A stretch of DNA of 64,000 bases. It comes from Octopus sinensis. Taxonomy: Eukaryota. Positions 1 to 14,383 of this stretch are shown here, one piece after another (the stretch's first letter is position 1; every line of letters starts with the position of its first letter). The notes below the pieces were generated by a model that was not told the origin of the DNA, did no database searches, and saw only the letters and a list, made by a program, of their open reading frames with translations. The stretch spans positions 118,482,001 through 118,546,000 of the forward strand of contig NC_042999.1 of the NCBI RefSeq assembly GCF_006345805.1, in the 5' to 3' direction. Position numbers and translations under genes: made by a program.

Positions 1-365
1 ACTCTTACATATGCTTGTACTTAACTAGTACTTTATTCTGTTCACGATCAAGAGATGAAAAGCAAACTTGACCTTAGCAGTATTTGAACACTCAACATAA
101 AGATCAAGAACAAATGTTTCAACACATTTTGATCCTGTCAATCCATCCTGCTCAAAATAGGCACATGGGTAGAAAGTGGATGAGTAGGGGAGTGGAGAGT
201 TGATTATATCAACCTCAATAATTTTACTCATACTTTGTTTTATAGACTCCTGGTGGGTATGTAAGTCAAAGCTAATCTTGGGAGGATTTTCACACAGCAA
301 GCTGCAGAAGCAAATAACTCTAGGCATCTGTCTGACACTCAATTTTTCCAACCCACCACCCTTTA

Positions 366-433
366 ATAACAACAATAATAATAATGAGGAGGAAGTAGAT
401 AACAATGACAATGACGACGACGACGACGACGAC

Positions 434-466
<33 letters not shown>

Positions 467-490
467 AATGAGGAGGAGGAGGAGGAGGCT
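366..490. repeat. Compound trinucleotide microsatellite (AAC/AAT)(GAC)(GAT)(GAG)
   Basis: Read directly; it explains the poly-N/D/E and poly-S/L ORFs at 25-605. Confidence 0.95.
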
Positions 491-2859
491 TAAAATGACT
501 ACAACACTATTCTCATTAATATCACTAAACATGATTACAACTGACTTCCTTATGCATACACAAATTGCAACTTTAATAAAACAAGTTAACACAAATATAG
601 ACTAACCATATTCAGAAAAAAAAACAAAACAAAATAACAAATGCATTTACCTACAATAAGAAATTAACAGGAATTAATTATAGAATTAATCAATTAATTA
701 TGAAACTACATTAAACTTAACAACATCATTTAACAGTTTTTATTAATGATTTCATTGATTGTCATTCAGATTTTTCAGATGTTAAAATTTAATAGCAGCA
801 AACCTGGTTTTCGATTTGTTATTGAATCAAACTTTAAATAGAATTAATCAAAGCACTGAGCATTAAAAAGGTAACTAGAGACTTTCTGGTGACAGGAAAT
901 CTGTATTAGTAACTGAGTAATGATATTCTAATAGTTCAAGTAAGTATGGAAGACAATTCCAATTATGCTTCAGTTTTAGTACATCTTCAACAAATTATTT
1001 ACTTTACTATGCTTTACCAAATCAATGATGAGAGAATCCTTATGTAGAGGAACAATATTTTATACTATCGGGACCCATGAATATTTCATGGGACTAATGG
1101 TAAACATATTGAATTGTTTCTGAAAACTTTATCCAAAAAACTTGAAAGCGTAGCCTGTGTTTTGTCTGTATCAAAAAAATAGTTGCTTATCTGCTAATCA
1201 TTGAAAAGTGAAGAAAATTGGAATACAATAATTACTTAATGCACTTTATATATACACTCAATATACTTTATGCACAAATTTATAGACTTAATACACAACA
1301 CTCTCCCTCTTTTTCTCTCTCCTTTTTCTTTTGCTCTTTGTCTTTCTTTCAACTAATTATGTGAAAGCATTATAGACAGGTTAAGTAACAGAGAAAAAGC
1401 ATAGTCCAAAAAAGAAAACATTACACATTTCACTTACCACCACCTCTCCCTCCCCCCCATATAAACCCCTCCCCCTGTCTCCTCCCACTAACATATCCCT
1501 CTCCCACTTCTCCCAGTCTCCCTCCTCCTTAACTAATCATGTAGAAGTGTTACAGACGGGCTAAGTAATGGAGTGATAAGCAGAATTATTTTTAGATTTT
1601 TTGCTGCGTCAATTAGCATAATTTTATCCATGCTTTGCAGTTGATGTTTAATAAGACATTCACTTCAAAATACTTGTTTCTTCACGTTTAAAAGCATTAT
1701 CCATTCCTCAGTTTAATGGTTAATATTTTATCATCTCTAAGAATGGGTGTAGCAGAAATGATAGATAAAAATTTGATATTAAATTGTACCCATTTATTTT
1801 GGGATCAACTTTGCATTTCATTTTTCTGGGGTCAACAAAATGAGCACCTTTCATTATAGTGTAGCCTTATTTTAATTCTATACTTAATTCGTGATTAAAA
1901 TTAATGCAATGAGATATATATAGATGTACAGTGTCTTACAGTGATTGTAAATCTTTGTTTAAATTTTGAATTTACAATAAGAAATTAGACTTTATCAGAA
2001 ATGTTTATTTACAAATACACAAAGCAATTTATAGTTTTGTGTTTACAATCTTTAGATAAAAAAAACATCAAGTTTTAAAATTCAGAACATATATTCCCAA
2101 GTTCAGCATCTTTTCAAAATAGGATATAAATATAAAGAAAAGGACATATCAAAAATCTGATTGTTATGTCTTAGAATACTAATAGCTAAAGTCTTAGAAT
2201 GCTGAGAAAAATCAAGTAATAAATTAATTAGGATTTACATTGAATATTATACTCACAATGTCTAGCTCTCTATATGTCTAGTATAAAAATAAGTAAGTGT
2301 TAACATATTTACTACACTGAGCATCATAAATTTCATTAGAAATAATTGTGCAATGAAAAGAGAATTTTTATCTATGAGTAGTATTATTAGAATTTTCCTG
2401 GTCAGAACAAGATATAACTTCAGACATTTTTGTATTCTTAAATCTCCTCAACAAAACTGTTGGTTTTGTTGTATAATGTGTTGGTTTTTATATCTACTTG
2501 TATACAGTTATAGTACATCTATTACACAGGCCAAAACAACAACAAAAAAAACAATATTTCTCTGTTATCAAAAGATCTGAACCTGAACTAGGAGATTTTT
2601 GATACACAAAATCCAAAAATTACATCCATTTATTAACATCACATCAATATTTTATGATACTAAATCCTTGGAATGTCATTACATTTTTTTTCGATAAAAC
2701 AGCTTATGAAGAAAAAGGCATAACCTGCAAACATACATAGAAATTATTTTTTCTTCAAAACCAGAATGCTTTCTTAGAATTCTAATGAAAAACTAATAAA
2801 AATTTCAAAATTTATACATTGTTTATGCCTAATTTCTCATGAATTTATATTTGGATAAT

Positions 2860-3480
2860 TTTCTTGAATGTTGAACATCAGGAAGAACATCAGCCAAGGT
2901 TCAAAAATAGTCTTCCCTCATATGCTAGTCTCTTCTGCCTTGATACTTTTGTTACATTGATTTTTATGTCCTGATGGAAATGTTTTCCCTGCTTGTTATG
3001 TGTGTCTATGATTTCTAGAGAATTCATCAAGGTGACTGGAGAGATACTGGAGCTTCATGCTCATATCTGTTCCCAATACTTGAAAGTTCTCCAGCTAGTT
3101 GTTGACTATTTTGGTACCACTGGCTACTTTCTTTTCTCTTGCCTAGAAAGTAATTTACAACTATTACAAACGAATTCCATGCTGCTGCTTCAATGCAATT
3201 CCCTGAATTTACAAAGTTCCTATCCTTCATCAAATTTCTGATTTAAGACCCATCAAATAACCCAGCTTTTATCTTTTTTCTGCCCAGACTAGGAAATGTA
3301 CTGCAGATTTGTGAAAGCGTTGTTCATCTTTATCCCAAGGTTTAACAAACTGATATGGTTTTAGTTTGATATGGAACAGCGATAGGATGATTTTTCCCAG
3401 ATGAACTAGATGCTCTTCAACCATGCTAAAAGACTCTGGAACTTAAGTTTGCTGCAGCCATTTTTTGATCACTCAATGTT
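2860..3480 (-). pseudogene. Degenerate DNA-transposon transposase, CMC/Chapaev3-like
   Basis: Minus-strand frames give KIKAGLFDGS*IRNLMKDRNF..IEAAAWNSFVIVVNYFLGKRKE, then SHLDEF and QGKHFHQDIK..KYQGR. These match the recalled motif set IFDGPQIR / WxSFxxVxxNFLG / HSHLDFFP / DEQGERFHQDI. Multiple stops and frameshifts. The family name is from memory. Confidence 0.7.
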
Positions 3481-4692
3481 TTTTTTTCCTAACTCTTCTC
3501 GAAATAATATATAAATAATAATAAACACTCGTATTAAATTTCACAAGTAAACAATGCATTTTTCTGAAGGATGATGGAATTTGAGAAAATTGGGTTAGTC
3601 AGATATCTTGAAATCTAGACACGATGGTAAAAACTGGATTTCAGTTTTAGATTCAGCATATTGTGACAACAAAATGTTTTATTGATTCTTCACAAAGTTT
3701 TAGAATTTACTATGTTGTTTATACTTTGCTTCAAAATGCAGATATTTAAATTTTATTCAAATAAATTTTATCAACTGTATTTTAAATCAAACTTTTATCC
3801 ATGTGTAAAGTTTCCAAAGTCAAAAGTAATTTAATGAAAATAAAACAGATTTTTGCAGTTAGAAGATGACTAATAATGGTATAAATAATGTTGGAAATTT
3901 TAAGCCAAAATTGCTTAAATAAAATTATTTCTGAGATGCCTATAACTTTCGTTATGGTGAGAATATTTGAATATAACTTTGCATACAACATAAATAACTA
4001 CACATGCACTTGCATACACCATTTTAAGCTAGAAAATTCTATGAGATACATTACTTTGTTTATTTTTTATTCAAAAGTTTTGAGAAGGAAATATATTTTC
4101 ATTGTATGCATGTACATAACCATTTTCCTGCATATGTGTGTGTATGTATGTATGTATGTATATATATAATTTAATTCCAAATAGATGTTTATATATTTTA
4201 AAAAGAAATAATTTTGTAGTTATTTTATTAAAAACATATCATAGATATAGACATTTATACATTCAAATTTGGGGGTACATTATTCATTTTGAATTAAAAT
4301 AAAATTCAATAAAATTTTATTGCTTACACTTTTTGAAGGGGAATGGCTTCAGAAATATATTTATGTTTTGAATGCGAAAAATAAGTGTCATTTCAATTGA
4401 AATGGTAGTGATTCTGTTGTTGTTGCTGTAGAAGAAGAAGAAGAAGAAGAAGAAGAAGAAGATGATGATGATCTGCTCAGTCATGCATGCTACGAAATTA
4501 CCATAGGAAGGCAGACCAAAAATAAGAGAAGCAAGTCATTATTTTACCTTTAGAAAAACGATTCATCCTGTGAAAGTAAATAGTTTTAAATATATTATTG
4601 AAGTTTGATAATAACTAAGACATGATGATAGCTTTCACTGAATTTGATGTTAAAAACTAAACCTGAGGAGACAAAGGAGGTGGAGGTGGTGG

Positions 4693-4711
4693 TGGGAAAG
4701 GAGGAAGGGGA

Positions 4712-4779
<68 letters not shown>

Positions 4780-4805
4780 GTAATAATAATAATAATAATA
4801 ATAAC
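4693..4805. repeat. (TAA)n microsatellite, 5' flank of the R4/Dong copy
   Basis: Read directly. Confidence 0.95.
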
Positions 4806-5907
4806 ACTCAGTAACAAAACAGGCAAAGGAATATCTAAGTGAATTACGAATACAACAAATTTCGGAATTAGACATACAAGAAATAAGCACAGAAAAAGCT
4901 AAGCACATGAAAACCCATGCTTAAACTGCTGCCTTAGATATTCTTATTGATAAATGACAAGAAAAACCTGTCAATGGCAAATACCCAAAGAGAGCAAATA
5001 ATGCCGATGTTGACAAAGCCCTAACCCATCAATGGCTAATGGCCTCTGGCTTAAAATCAGAAACAGAAGGGTTTATCATAGCAGCTCAAGATCAATGCCT
5101 ACCTACAAGGAACTACCTGGCCAACATATTAAAGAACGGCAGTAGCCCAACATGTCGTGTATGTCAACAAAATGAAACCATTGATCATGTTGTCTCCAAG
5201 TGCAGTCTTCTTGCACCGACAGAGTATCTCAACAGGCATGATAGAGCTGCACAATATATTCACTGGGTAATTTGCAAAAGCCTGGACTTAGCCCATGAAA
5301 AATACTGGTGGGAATACATACCATCTCCAGTGCTTGAAAATGATCACATCTCACTCCTCTGGAACTTCACCATTCAAACTGACAGAAAGATAGATACGAA
5401 TAGGCCAGACATCATATTGAAAGACTTCAGACAAAACCATGCCTCCTCATTGATAAGACTGTCCCAATCGATATAAATGTATCTGTCAAGACCTACCAAA
5501 ATCTGAGCAAGTATAAAGATCTTGAAATAGAAATAAGCAAAATGTGGAACCTGAAGACTAAAACAATACCTGTTGTCATAGGTGCCCTGGGAATGATAGC
5601 AAAAGGGGATGATTGTTACCTAACTCAGATACCAGGAAACCCAAAAATGGCAGAAATTAAAAAGATAGTGCTCATATCCTACGCAAAATACATTCTATGT
5701 AATCTCAAGTTTTAAAACAAACATAATTTTCTTATGGTTTCTTAGACATTCACTAGTACAACACTAAGTACAAAACCAAATATATGGCACCCTAGGCATA
5801 ACACCAACTTGAACTTCCAACTTGTTGTCTCTTGAGGTCTCTGAATGAGATATGGAGCGAACTTGTACAAATGTAAAGCAAAAGTCAAACATAGAATAAT
5901 AATAATA
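4806..5907 (+). mobile_element. 5'-truncated R4/Dong-like non-LTR retrotransposon (RLE endonuclease C-terminus plus 3' UTR)
   Basis: ORF 5039-5476: GLKSETEGFIIAAQDQ, CRVC..ETIDHVVSKC (CCHC), RHD, NRPDIILKD. After a frameshift, KYKDL..EISKMW. Ends in (TAA)n at about 5894-5907. Confidence 0.92.
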
Positions 5908-8362
5908 AGAAGAAGAAGAAATGGTGATGCTGACCTACCAAATGTATTTCAGCTAACCTGCATAAGACATGCTTGTATTCTTAACTTTAAGGATTGGTCT
6001 GCATAGAAATTTGCCTTCACAGAAATCCAAATACCTAAAATCAACATGATAAACAACTGTAAATCTGTGGAGAAAGTTGATTACTACACATTTTAGAAAA
6101 CAATTCAGTATCTATCATCATTATTGCCCACCTCTATAGTCAAATCTAGAACTTTAATTAAGTTTAGATTAACGATTATTTAAGAAATGAATGCTTATTA
6201 TGTTATATAAACGATAATTTAAGTAGAAGTTTGAGAATCAATAGGATAACAGAGGCTTTAATCTTAATTAGACCTAGTTAAGTTATTTATGTAGGATTTT
6301 TATGTAGAGATTTTAAGCAAGTTTTATTCAATAAGTTTTGAACAACAAATTCATAATTCATTATGCTGATTATGTTGGAGTTAGAAAAGAGGATTTCAAT
6401 AGTTGCCACTGAGCACCAATTACATCTACTACTACCCCCTCTGTAAGGAGGAGGATTACCTACAAAAGAATACCAAAATGGAATATCATATATGCATCCA
6501 CACTTTGAGGTCCCAGATGAACTTAGCCAATAAAGTGTAGTTCTCTTTTCTTTTGTATTTATAAGAATCAATATGGTTATGTCCTTGATCTTGGATTTTG
6601 AAGTTATAGCCTTATGTAGTAATGGACATTGTCAAGTGTTTTAACAGAGATCTTATATATTAAATTATTTCTCAAGCATTGGTTATCTAAATAGCATTTA
6701 TCACAGTTTCTCCAGTTGCTCATTCTATTAGGTATGTAGCTATAATAAGCTCTATTCTATAAATGCTAATATTGTTAATAAGAAGAGGTATCATATCATT
6801 ATCATCACTGTTTTTTGCATCACTGAGATATTTGCTTGAATTTCTTCAATCCCCCCTTCCTTCCTTCCTTCCTTCCTACCTAGCTACCTATCTACTTACC
6901 TGCCTATCGATCTGTCAGTGTGTGTGTGTGTGTGTACACAATGGGTTTCTTTCTGTTTCCATCAACCAAGTCCATTAAAATGGCTTTAGTCAGCCCAAAG
7001 CTATAGAAGAAACTTGCTCATGGTGCTATGGAGTCATGTAGTTGGGAATCAAGCATCTTAACAATACCTGTACTTACAAAGACAGCCATAAATTTTGATG
7101 GGGTTGTTCCAATGCAACTGACCCCAGTATTTGAATAGCATTTCTTTTATCATCTTTGGACGATAATAGTAAACATGCACAGGCAGTTATGAAAATAGAG
7201 GGGATATTCAAAATCCCTTCTATTTCCATAATATTAAAGCTTAAACTTATTTCATTAATATCAACAGCCTCTTTGTGGTGGGAAGTGGAACTTTTTGGAT
7301 CTGATTAACTGTGATAAGCCTTCAGTGTCGTACAGTAACTGATCACTTAGAGCAACATCTCTGATGCAGCAATATGCACTAGAAACAGGTTAAAAGTAAG
7401 AAGAGAAAAGAAAGTTTTCACAAATCTACATCAGGATATTTTTTTAAGATATAGACTTTTTTAATGTACATTAATGATGTCTAAGCAATAGCTAAAGCAA
7501 AACAATCTTGATGTGCTTGCAGTTTACTACTTCTTAAAATATATTGATAAAAGTAGTTGTTAATCAAAGATACCTCCTACAACTTCAATGCTTTCCAATT
7601 TTTTTATCCTTTGACTTTTAACATTGTTTCAATGCTATTCAGTAGTTTATAGATTATATATTTTATACAATTCTGATTTTCATAGTTATATTCTTCTGAA
7701 ACACGGTGTTTTCAATTTTATTTTATAATCTTGAATTCATTAGTGGTATATTTGAACAAAGAGATCATTTTCTCAGAAAAATATTTTGAGATGGCTGTGT
7801 GGTGAGCACTACAGACCAGCAAAGTAAGCTTCTAGCAAACTGACACTGCAACTTGATTTTAATTCTCAGCTGATGCTGCTCAGTATCCTAAAGAATATCA
7901 CAGAAAAAACATGTCATTAATAATATTGTAGAGACTTGTCTCAAAAATAAAATTATTTGAAAAATGATTGTGTCAAAGTTTAGGAGAATCTAATTTCCAT
8001 TTGTAATATTTCTGCTGTCACACTCCAGAAGTCAAAGAGTGAGACCCTACTTGGTTGATGGACCTGCTAGATATTGCAAGCAAATTCCTTCAAATCATGT
8101 TCTACTATTTTGAAAAAACAAAAAGGGGACACTTATTTATATATATTTTAAAATATATGCAAAAAGAAAGAGAAACAGATAAATTGGTCAGGCTTGGAAC
8201 GTCTTTGGTCTTGAGGCAGACTCTATAAGAGCTAGCATGCAGTTAAATAACAACAATCAAAAGAAACTTCCAGAAAATATTGCTAATTTTAATCAACTAG
8301 TGTAATGTAAATAATAAAGGAAGAGTAAAATAAATTGGAAAATCTTGGTAAAGAAGTAAAAA

Positions 8363-8802
8363 GTGGAGCAGGAGTGGCTGTATGGTAAGGAGATTGCTTC
8401 CCAACCACATGGTTCCGGGTTCAGTCCTTCTGCATGGCACCTTGGGCAAGTGCCTTCTACTGTAGCCTCGGGCCAACCAAAGCCTTGTGAGTGGATTTGG
8501 TCGATGGAAACTGAAAGAAGCCCATCGTATGTATATATATATATGTATGTGTGTGTATATATGTATATATATTTATATCTATGTGTGTGTCTTTGTGTCT
8601 GTGTTTGTCTCCCCATCACCACTTGACAGCCGGTGTTGGTGGGTTTACATCCCTGTAACTTTGTAGTTTGGCAGAAGAGACATATAGAATAAGTACTAGC
8701 CTTAAAAAATAAGTACTGGGGTTGATTCATTCAGCTAAAAATTCAAAGCAGTGCCTCAGCATGGCCACAGTATAATGACTGAAACAAGTAAAAGATAAAA
8801 GA
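8363..8802 (+). mobile_element. tRNA-headed SINE, family A (near full length)
   Basis: GGAGTGGCTGTATGGTAAG A-box-like head, GGGTTCAGTCC B-box-like motif, central (TA)/(TG) tract, tail GACTGAAACAAGTAAAAGA. Homologous to copies at 16943, 18880, 29996, 54203 and 63254. Confidence 0.88.
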
Positions 8803-10112
8803 TATATCTGTTGAATTCAATGGGATAAAATATTGACACATTCTATAGTTCAGTAAATTTAAGGGTTCATTAGACAATGGAATATGGCAGTCTGACCCAT
8901 TGAGAGAAATGGACATTGCTAAACAAATAAAAATACTCCTTTTACTTAGTCTATCAGATTTCCATAGCACATAGAAAATTTACACTGAAATATTTATACA
9001 ACTGCCTGCTGTGATTTGAATGCCCTTGTAGGAACAATACAATGAATATGATGTAATATGCTGTTTGGAAGGAGCTCATGTTTGCGAAGCTTGTTAATTT
9101 TGCAATTATTGGAAATGTGCTGCCAAATATTTCCTGGTGTGATTCTGATTATTGTAGAGTTTCATCAAATACTGTAATTTTATATTTTGTTTTATTGTTA
9201 TAGTTTTATTGAGTTCAAATTACAATTACTTTGCTTTTATTTTTGTATTTAGATTTTATCATTTCTTTTTAATGTTTTGTAATTTTTATAAATTTGAAAT
9301 TTGTACAGAACAAATTTGCTCCAGGAAAAATGTGAACCAAATTCTTACACATAAGCAGGCTCTCAGAAATGTACACCAATACATACATACACACAGGATA
9401 ATCGACCTATATAGAGCCTTGTGAAATAAAAATGCCTTCAGGAATGACAACTGGATATTAAGTGGCAGTGCTTAGACTAGGTTTAGGTTTCATGTCAAGT
9501 AAATAAAAAGTAAATCTGCCTTGATTAGTGGTTCCATGTCAGATATTATTGTTAAAATTTATGCGCAATAAAATGGTTATAGTTCTATAATACACAAAAT
9601 ATTTTAATAATTTTTTGTTAAATACAGTTCCTAATTATATTCAATTATGAAAATATAGTAGGACTTTTAAAACACTGAATGACTATGGACATAGGTAAAA
9701 AATGGTTAAGAAAGACTGATCCAGATGGATTATAAACCTACAACGGGTAACATTCCAAAACTTGTTCACATAATTTAAAGTAACTGCGGTACTGAAGTCT
9801 CAACTTTAATTCCTAGGATAGACACAAGACCAATAATTCAGCTGGAAATAAGCAAAGCAGCTTATTAGATCATCCTCAGTAGTTGACTACTCTGGAAGGA
9901 GTAAAGGCTAAGCTGATCTTGGCAGGATTTGAACTAAGAATGTAAAAGGTTAGTCAAATAGAGCAATACACACTCACACACAAACACACATACAAGGTTC
10001 TGAGTGGGTAGAACAATACGATATTTCCAATGCAATATTCAACCCTTATCATTATCTTCTATATTGTTATTATCATTGTAATTTTTTAACATTAATATTT
10101 TTATCTTTATTA

Positions 10113-10325
10113 AGGTGGTGAGCTGGCAGAATCATTAACATGTAGGGCAAAATACTTAGTGGCATTTTGTCCACCATTAAGCACTGTGTTCAAGTTCAGT
10201 CGAAGTTAATGTTGCCTTTCATCCCTTTAGGGATCTATAGAATATGTACCAGTTTAGCACTGGGGTCAATGTAATTGACTTACCCTCTACCCCGAACTTG
10301 CTGGCTTTGGGCCAATATTTGAAAT
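10113..10325 (+). mobile_element. SINE family B, diverged copy
   Basis: AAGGTGGTGAGCTGGCAGAA head, homologous to the 14384 copy. Confidence 0.75.
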
Positions 10326-11055
10326 CAATATTATTATGTTTATTACTATCATTAATAGAAGTAATACTGTTATCATTTTCTTCTCATTATTAGTATTGGT
10401 GCAGTCGTTGTCATTGTTACTATCAAACTTCCTTTCCACTTTGTTAGTTTCTTTATTTTATCACAAGAGATTAGGATGCTACATCAAAATAACTTTTCAC
10501 TTGTCCATCATAATTTGATTCTGGTGATTATGGGATGACTTGTTATTATCCATATCACTCACCTCTTATTCCTGCCAAATATTTATCTGTCTTCTTCTTT
10601 TTGTACTTCTTATCTCCCCCCTCCTCCTTCTTATTCTTCATCTTTTTTCTTCTTCTTCTCATCTTCTTTCTTTTCTACTGCTTCTTCTTCATCCCCTAAC
10701 CATACTTTTATCTACTCCAGTATTTACACTTTATTTGCCCTGTCCATCTTTTCACAGTCTGTTTACAATTTCATCATTATTTACCTTTTCGTTCTTCCTG
10801 ATATAAGCAGAATACAAAGTCTGGCAGACACACAATGTAAGAGTGCATCCTTTGTATAGATCTGGGTTAGTACCACTCTAGTGTTTAAAATTACAAATAT
10901 TACATAAATCTTCACTTTGAACTTTTTTGTAAACTGGTGATGAAAGCAGAGTTGATACAGAAACGATTGTAACTGATTAATTAATTAAAGATGTGTTAAA
11001 CTCTTTCTTTGTCCTCTTATTTCAATTTCCCACATGCACACAAATACACACACTT

Positions 11056-11150
11056 ACAGTAATCCCTCGCCAAGTTGCAGTTCACCTATTGCAGTTCACA
11101 TATCGCAGGGGTTTGGGAACATAACACCCATGATAGCCAAGGGATTTCTG
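11056..11150 (+). mobile_element. Tc1/mariner (pogo/Tigger-like) terminus fragment
   Basis: TACAGTAATCCCTCGCC...GCAGTTCAC resembles Tigger-type TIR starts. No partner TIR found. Confidence 0.45.
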
Positions 11151-11186
11151 TATATGTATATATACATACATACACCCACACACACG

Positions 11187-11224
<38 letters not shown>

Positions 11225-12919
11225 TATATATATTATATTTATATTGTGAAATTTGATTTAATACTAAATTGAATTTTTCCCTGTAAGTTTGGAGTTATAC
11301 TCCCTAATATTATTATTATTATATGTGTGTGTGTGTGTGTGTGTGTGCGTGTGTAGATATGGTTATATCTGTGTATGTGTGTGTGAATATTTTTGGATTT
11401 TACTTATCTGCAAGTGTTTTGCTCACTGGTAAATAATAGCTTTGCTAACAGTGTCATTTTCTTGCAGTCCTCTACTGAAGCATGTCTGGATTTCTCGATG
11501 TGCTTTCATAAGTTGCACAATCTTTGGAAGCAAAAGCCACATTTCTGTGTCACTTATTATCAGTCCTCCACATAAGCATATCAGAACTGTTTGTTGTTTG
11601 CTAGGTTGAGGAGATTATTACCTCCTTTCAAAAGAAGTTGTGTTAAATAACCATAGGAAAACACCATAGAAAACACTTAACTTACTCTTGTCTGACCTGT
11701 GCAAAGACAAGAAAGTGGATGTTAAAATAATGGTGATAATGATGATGATGTAGTCTTCATCCCTGTAGTCTTCATCATAGAGGTGCCTAAAAGGGTCAGT
11801 ACCAAGAAAGGTATCTCAAGATGGAGCACTGCTTCAAACATTCCATTTCACTCACCATGTTAGATGTAAAAAATGATAACGACACTGATTATGATGATGA
11901 AGGTGGTGGTAGTGATGGTGGCTGAGGCGGCGGCGGTTTCAGCAGTGTCAGTGGTGGTAATGGGGAAGGCAGAGGCGATGCCAGTGGTAGCAGTAATAAT
12001 GATTACTTTGATATGTGGTAAAACAGAAAAAGGAAAAATTTTATATTACTATTATGAGATATGAAATCATAGAAACATTTCAGTCTTCAGAAAATTACAT
12101 TTTTCTCTGAAATTTTTTTTAGCAAAAGCATATTATAATTTATTTTCAGTTTTGGTTATAAATGTTTCTTTTTTTTTTTTTTTCAAAAATAACTGATAGA
12201 GGGTAGGAAGAGAAAAATTGACAGCATATCAAATTGCAAGATATTGCTAAATTTTTATGAAAAACAAATTAAACCAAAAGAATATGTTGTTTTGAAATAT
12301 ATGACATTATTCTTCAAAAAGAAAATCGTTTCAAAATAAACAATTCTAATAATTGTATGGTTCTGTTATGAAAAGAAAACAAAAGTGTCTTTGGTTTTCA
12401 AACAATTATGAGAGCAACTTTAACAAAAGTTTTCAAGTTATGAGTTAGAAATCAAATTTATCTATAAAAGCCCACACTACTTCTTACTAATCTATAGTCT
12501 AGCTCTCAATGCCATTACTACAACTTCACTATAAATATGTGCAATTTAAAATCATATTTAGTGTCAGATTTCATCCACTTTTTGCAAAAGTACATTTGAC
12601 AGAATTTTAAGCTTCAATTTTTAACTACAGACAGCTAAAACTTCTTTTGAATGAATGACTTAGAAAATTAATCCTGTTCGTTATCAAAGAAATAGCAACC
12701 TATGATTTTGATCCTGTCTTCTTCCACCATCTTTCTGCTATGACAGGACAGCTAATCTGTCATGTTTGTCCATAAACGTTTTTCATTCTTCAGCATAGTA
12801 TCCATCAATAGCAGATAGAAGTAAAGAGAAAATCCTAAAATAACAGAAGTAATAATAATAGCTGTAGGGTTTTGGATTAAATTAAGTGATTTCTACATTT
12901 AATGTTGACCTGAAGGATG

Positions 12920-13345
12920 AAAATCTTCTGCAATAGCGTGCTAAGGTTTTCAAAATCACGTGCATAGGAGGATGGAAGTTGTGAGACCCAGGAAGATATG
13001 AGGTGAAGTATTGCCAATTTCAAGACACTAAGCCTTACGAAGGAAATGAAAAACGACTGAGATATCTGGTGCGTTGTTGTTCACAAGAAGACTCCATCCA
13101 CCACAGCAGAATTGATACCAGTGCAGGTACCACACGAAAAGCACTCATGCTGGTGACATGTTAAAAGTACTGTTGCTGGTGCAGCCTAAAATGCACCTAG
13201 TAACACTCTGTGAAGGGGTTGGTGTCAGGAAAGGCATGCCAGAACAGACAATGGAGCCTGGTGCAGCCTCTGACTTTACTAGCTCCAGTCAAACTGTCCA
13301 ACCCATGCCAAAATGAGAGACAGACTAAATGATGATGATGATGTT
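12920..13345 (+). mobile_element. RTE-clade LINE 3' end
   Basis: Degenerate RPRK..W..FKTLSLTKEMKND*DIW C-terminus followed by the family tail ...AACCCATGCC...AATGATGATGATG. Confidence 0.7.
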
Positions 13346-14383
13346 CATTCTCTAAGTTTTGAAATCTTCTAAGTTGAATTTTGGCTATTGTTTCCTACTA
13401 TTGCCTCAGACTGACTAAAGCCTTGGGAATGAATTTCATTGATGGAAACTGAAAGAAACCAATTGAACATATACATACATCCTTTGTACATGCATGTTTT
13501 CAAGTTTCCTTGTTTTGACACCATGCCCAGTTGTGCTCAAGTGTCACTGTCATGAAAGTGGTGTCATATGTTTGTGATTTCCATGACATCATGTCTAGCC
13601 ATTATGCTATTTAAGATAGAAAGAATGGAGGGAACTATTACCTTACTTAATAACAGGTGAGGATTGGTGATAGAAAGGACATCCAGACATAGAACATCAT
13701 CTGAAATATGTAAGCATAGAAACCTGAGCATTAAAATGATGATGATGATCATCATCATGATGATGTCCTGTTCTTTAAATTGCTTGACTCTATTATGTGT
13801 CCAATTCAATAGTTCAAGTATCTATATCTAAATATTTAGTAACTCTCTAGTAGAGTCACTTGTACTCTTCTTGATGTTTGTGCATCTCTCTAAAATAATC
13901 TCATTAGTCTCTTTTAAATGTTTGCTTTATACAGTGAATATAGTGAAATATTGTTTCCATAACAATCCTTTCCATTTTATTTTATTTTCAACTATAATAA
14001 AAATCTTTCAAAGATATTTGATCATTTCATCTCGACTTTTATTTTTTGTTTACAGTTCTTCTTCCATCACAGTATTTTGTGACGTTTAGTGGGCAGTATC
14101 AGATAAATCATTAGTTAAATAAAAGTGCTGGTACACTTAAGAAAGTGTGTCTTAAAAAGCTAACAAGAAATAACTATGCAGTGAATAGAGAAAATATCAG
14201 TCAGTGACCAATTTTATAGTAGTTATTTTGGCAAGTGCAAGCAATGACTCTGGACTTGTGGTCTTATGATCTCTTCAATGAAAGATGCGTATCACCAAAA
14301 TACTTTCTACATTAAATATGTTAGTTTAAATTGACTATTACTTTCCATGTGGATGGCCCCACTTCATCATCTATATCAATAAA

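Noticed and set aside
25-605. ORFs with poly-N/D/E, poly-L/I/V and poly-M/T runs (also 4595-4908, 55905-56298, 50765-51354, 63757-63999 and many YIYI/CVCV ORFs)
   Set aside because: They are translations of microsatellites with no domain content.
1441-1530. C-rich tract with minus-strand G-quadruplex potential
   Set aside because: Simple low-complexity sequence with no supporting context.
7347-7402. CUGAUGC...GAAACAGG hammerhead-like remnant
   Set aside because: A9 is mutated and there is no convincing stem II or III; too degenerate to call.
10932-10975. GUGAUGA...GAAACGAUUGUA hammerhead-like remnant
   Set aside because: C3 is missing and neither stem I nor stem II pairs.
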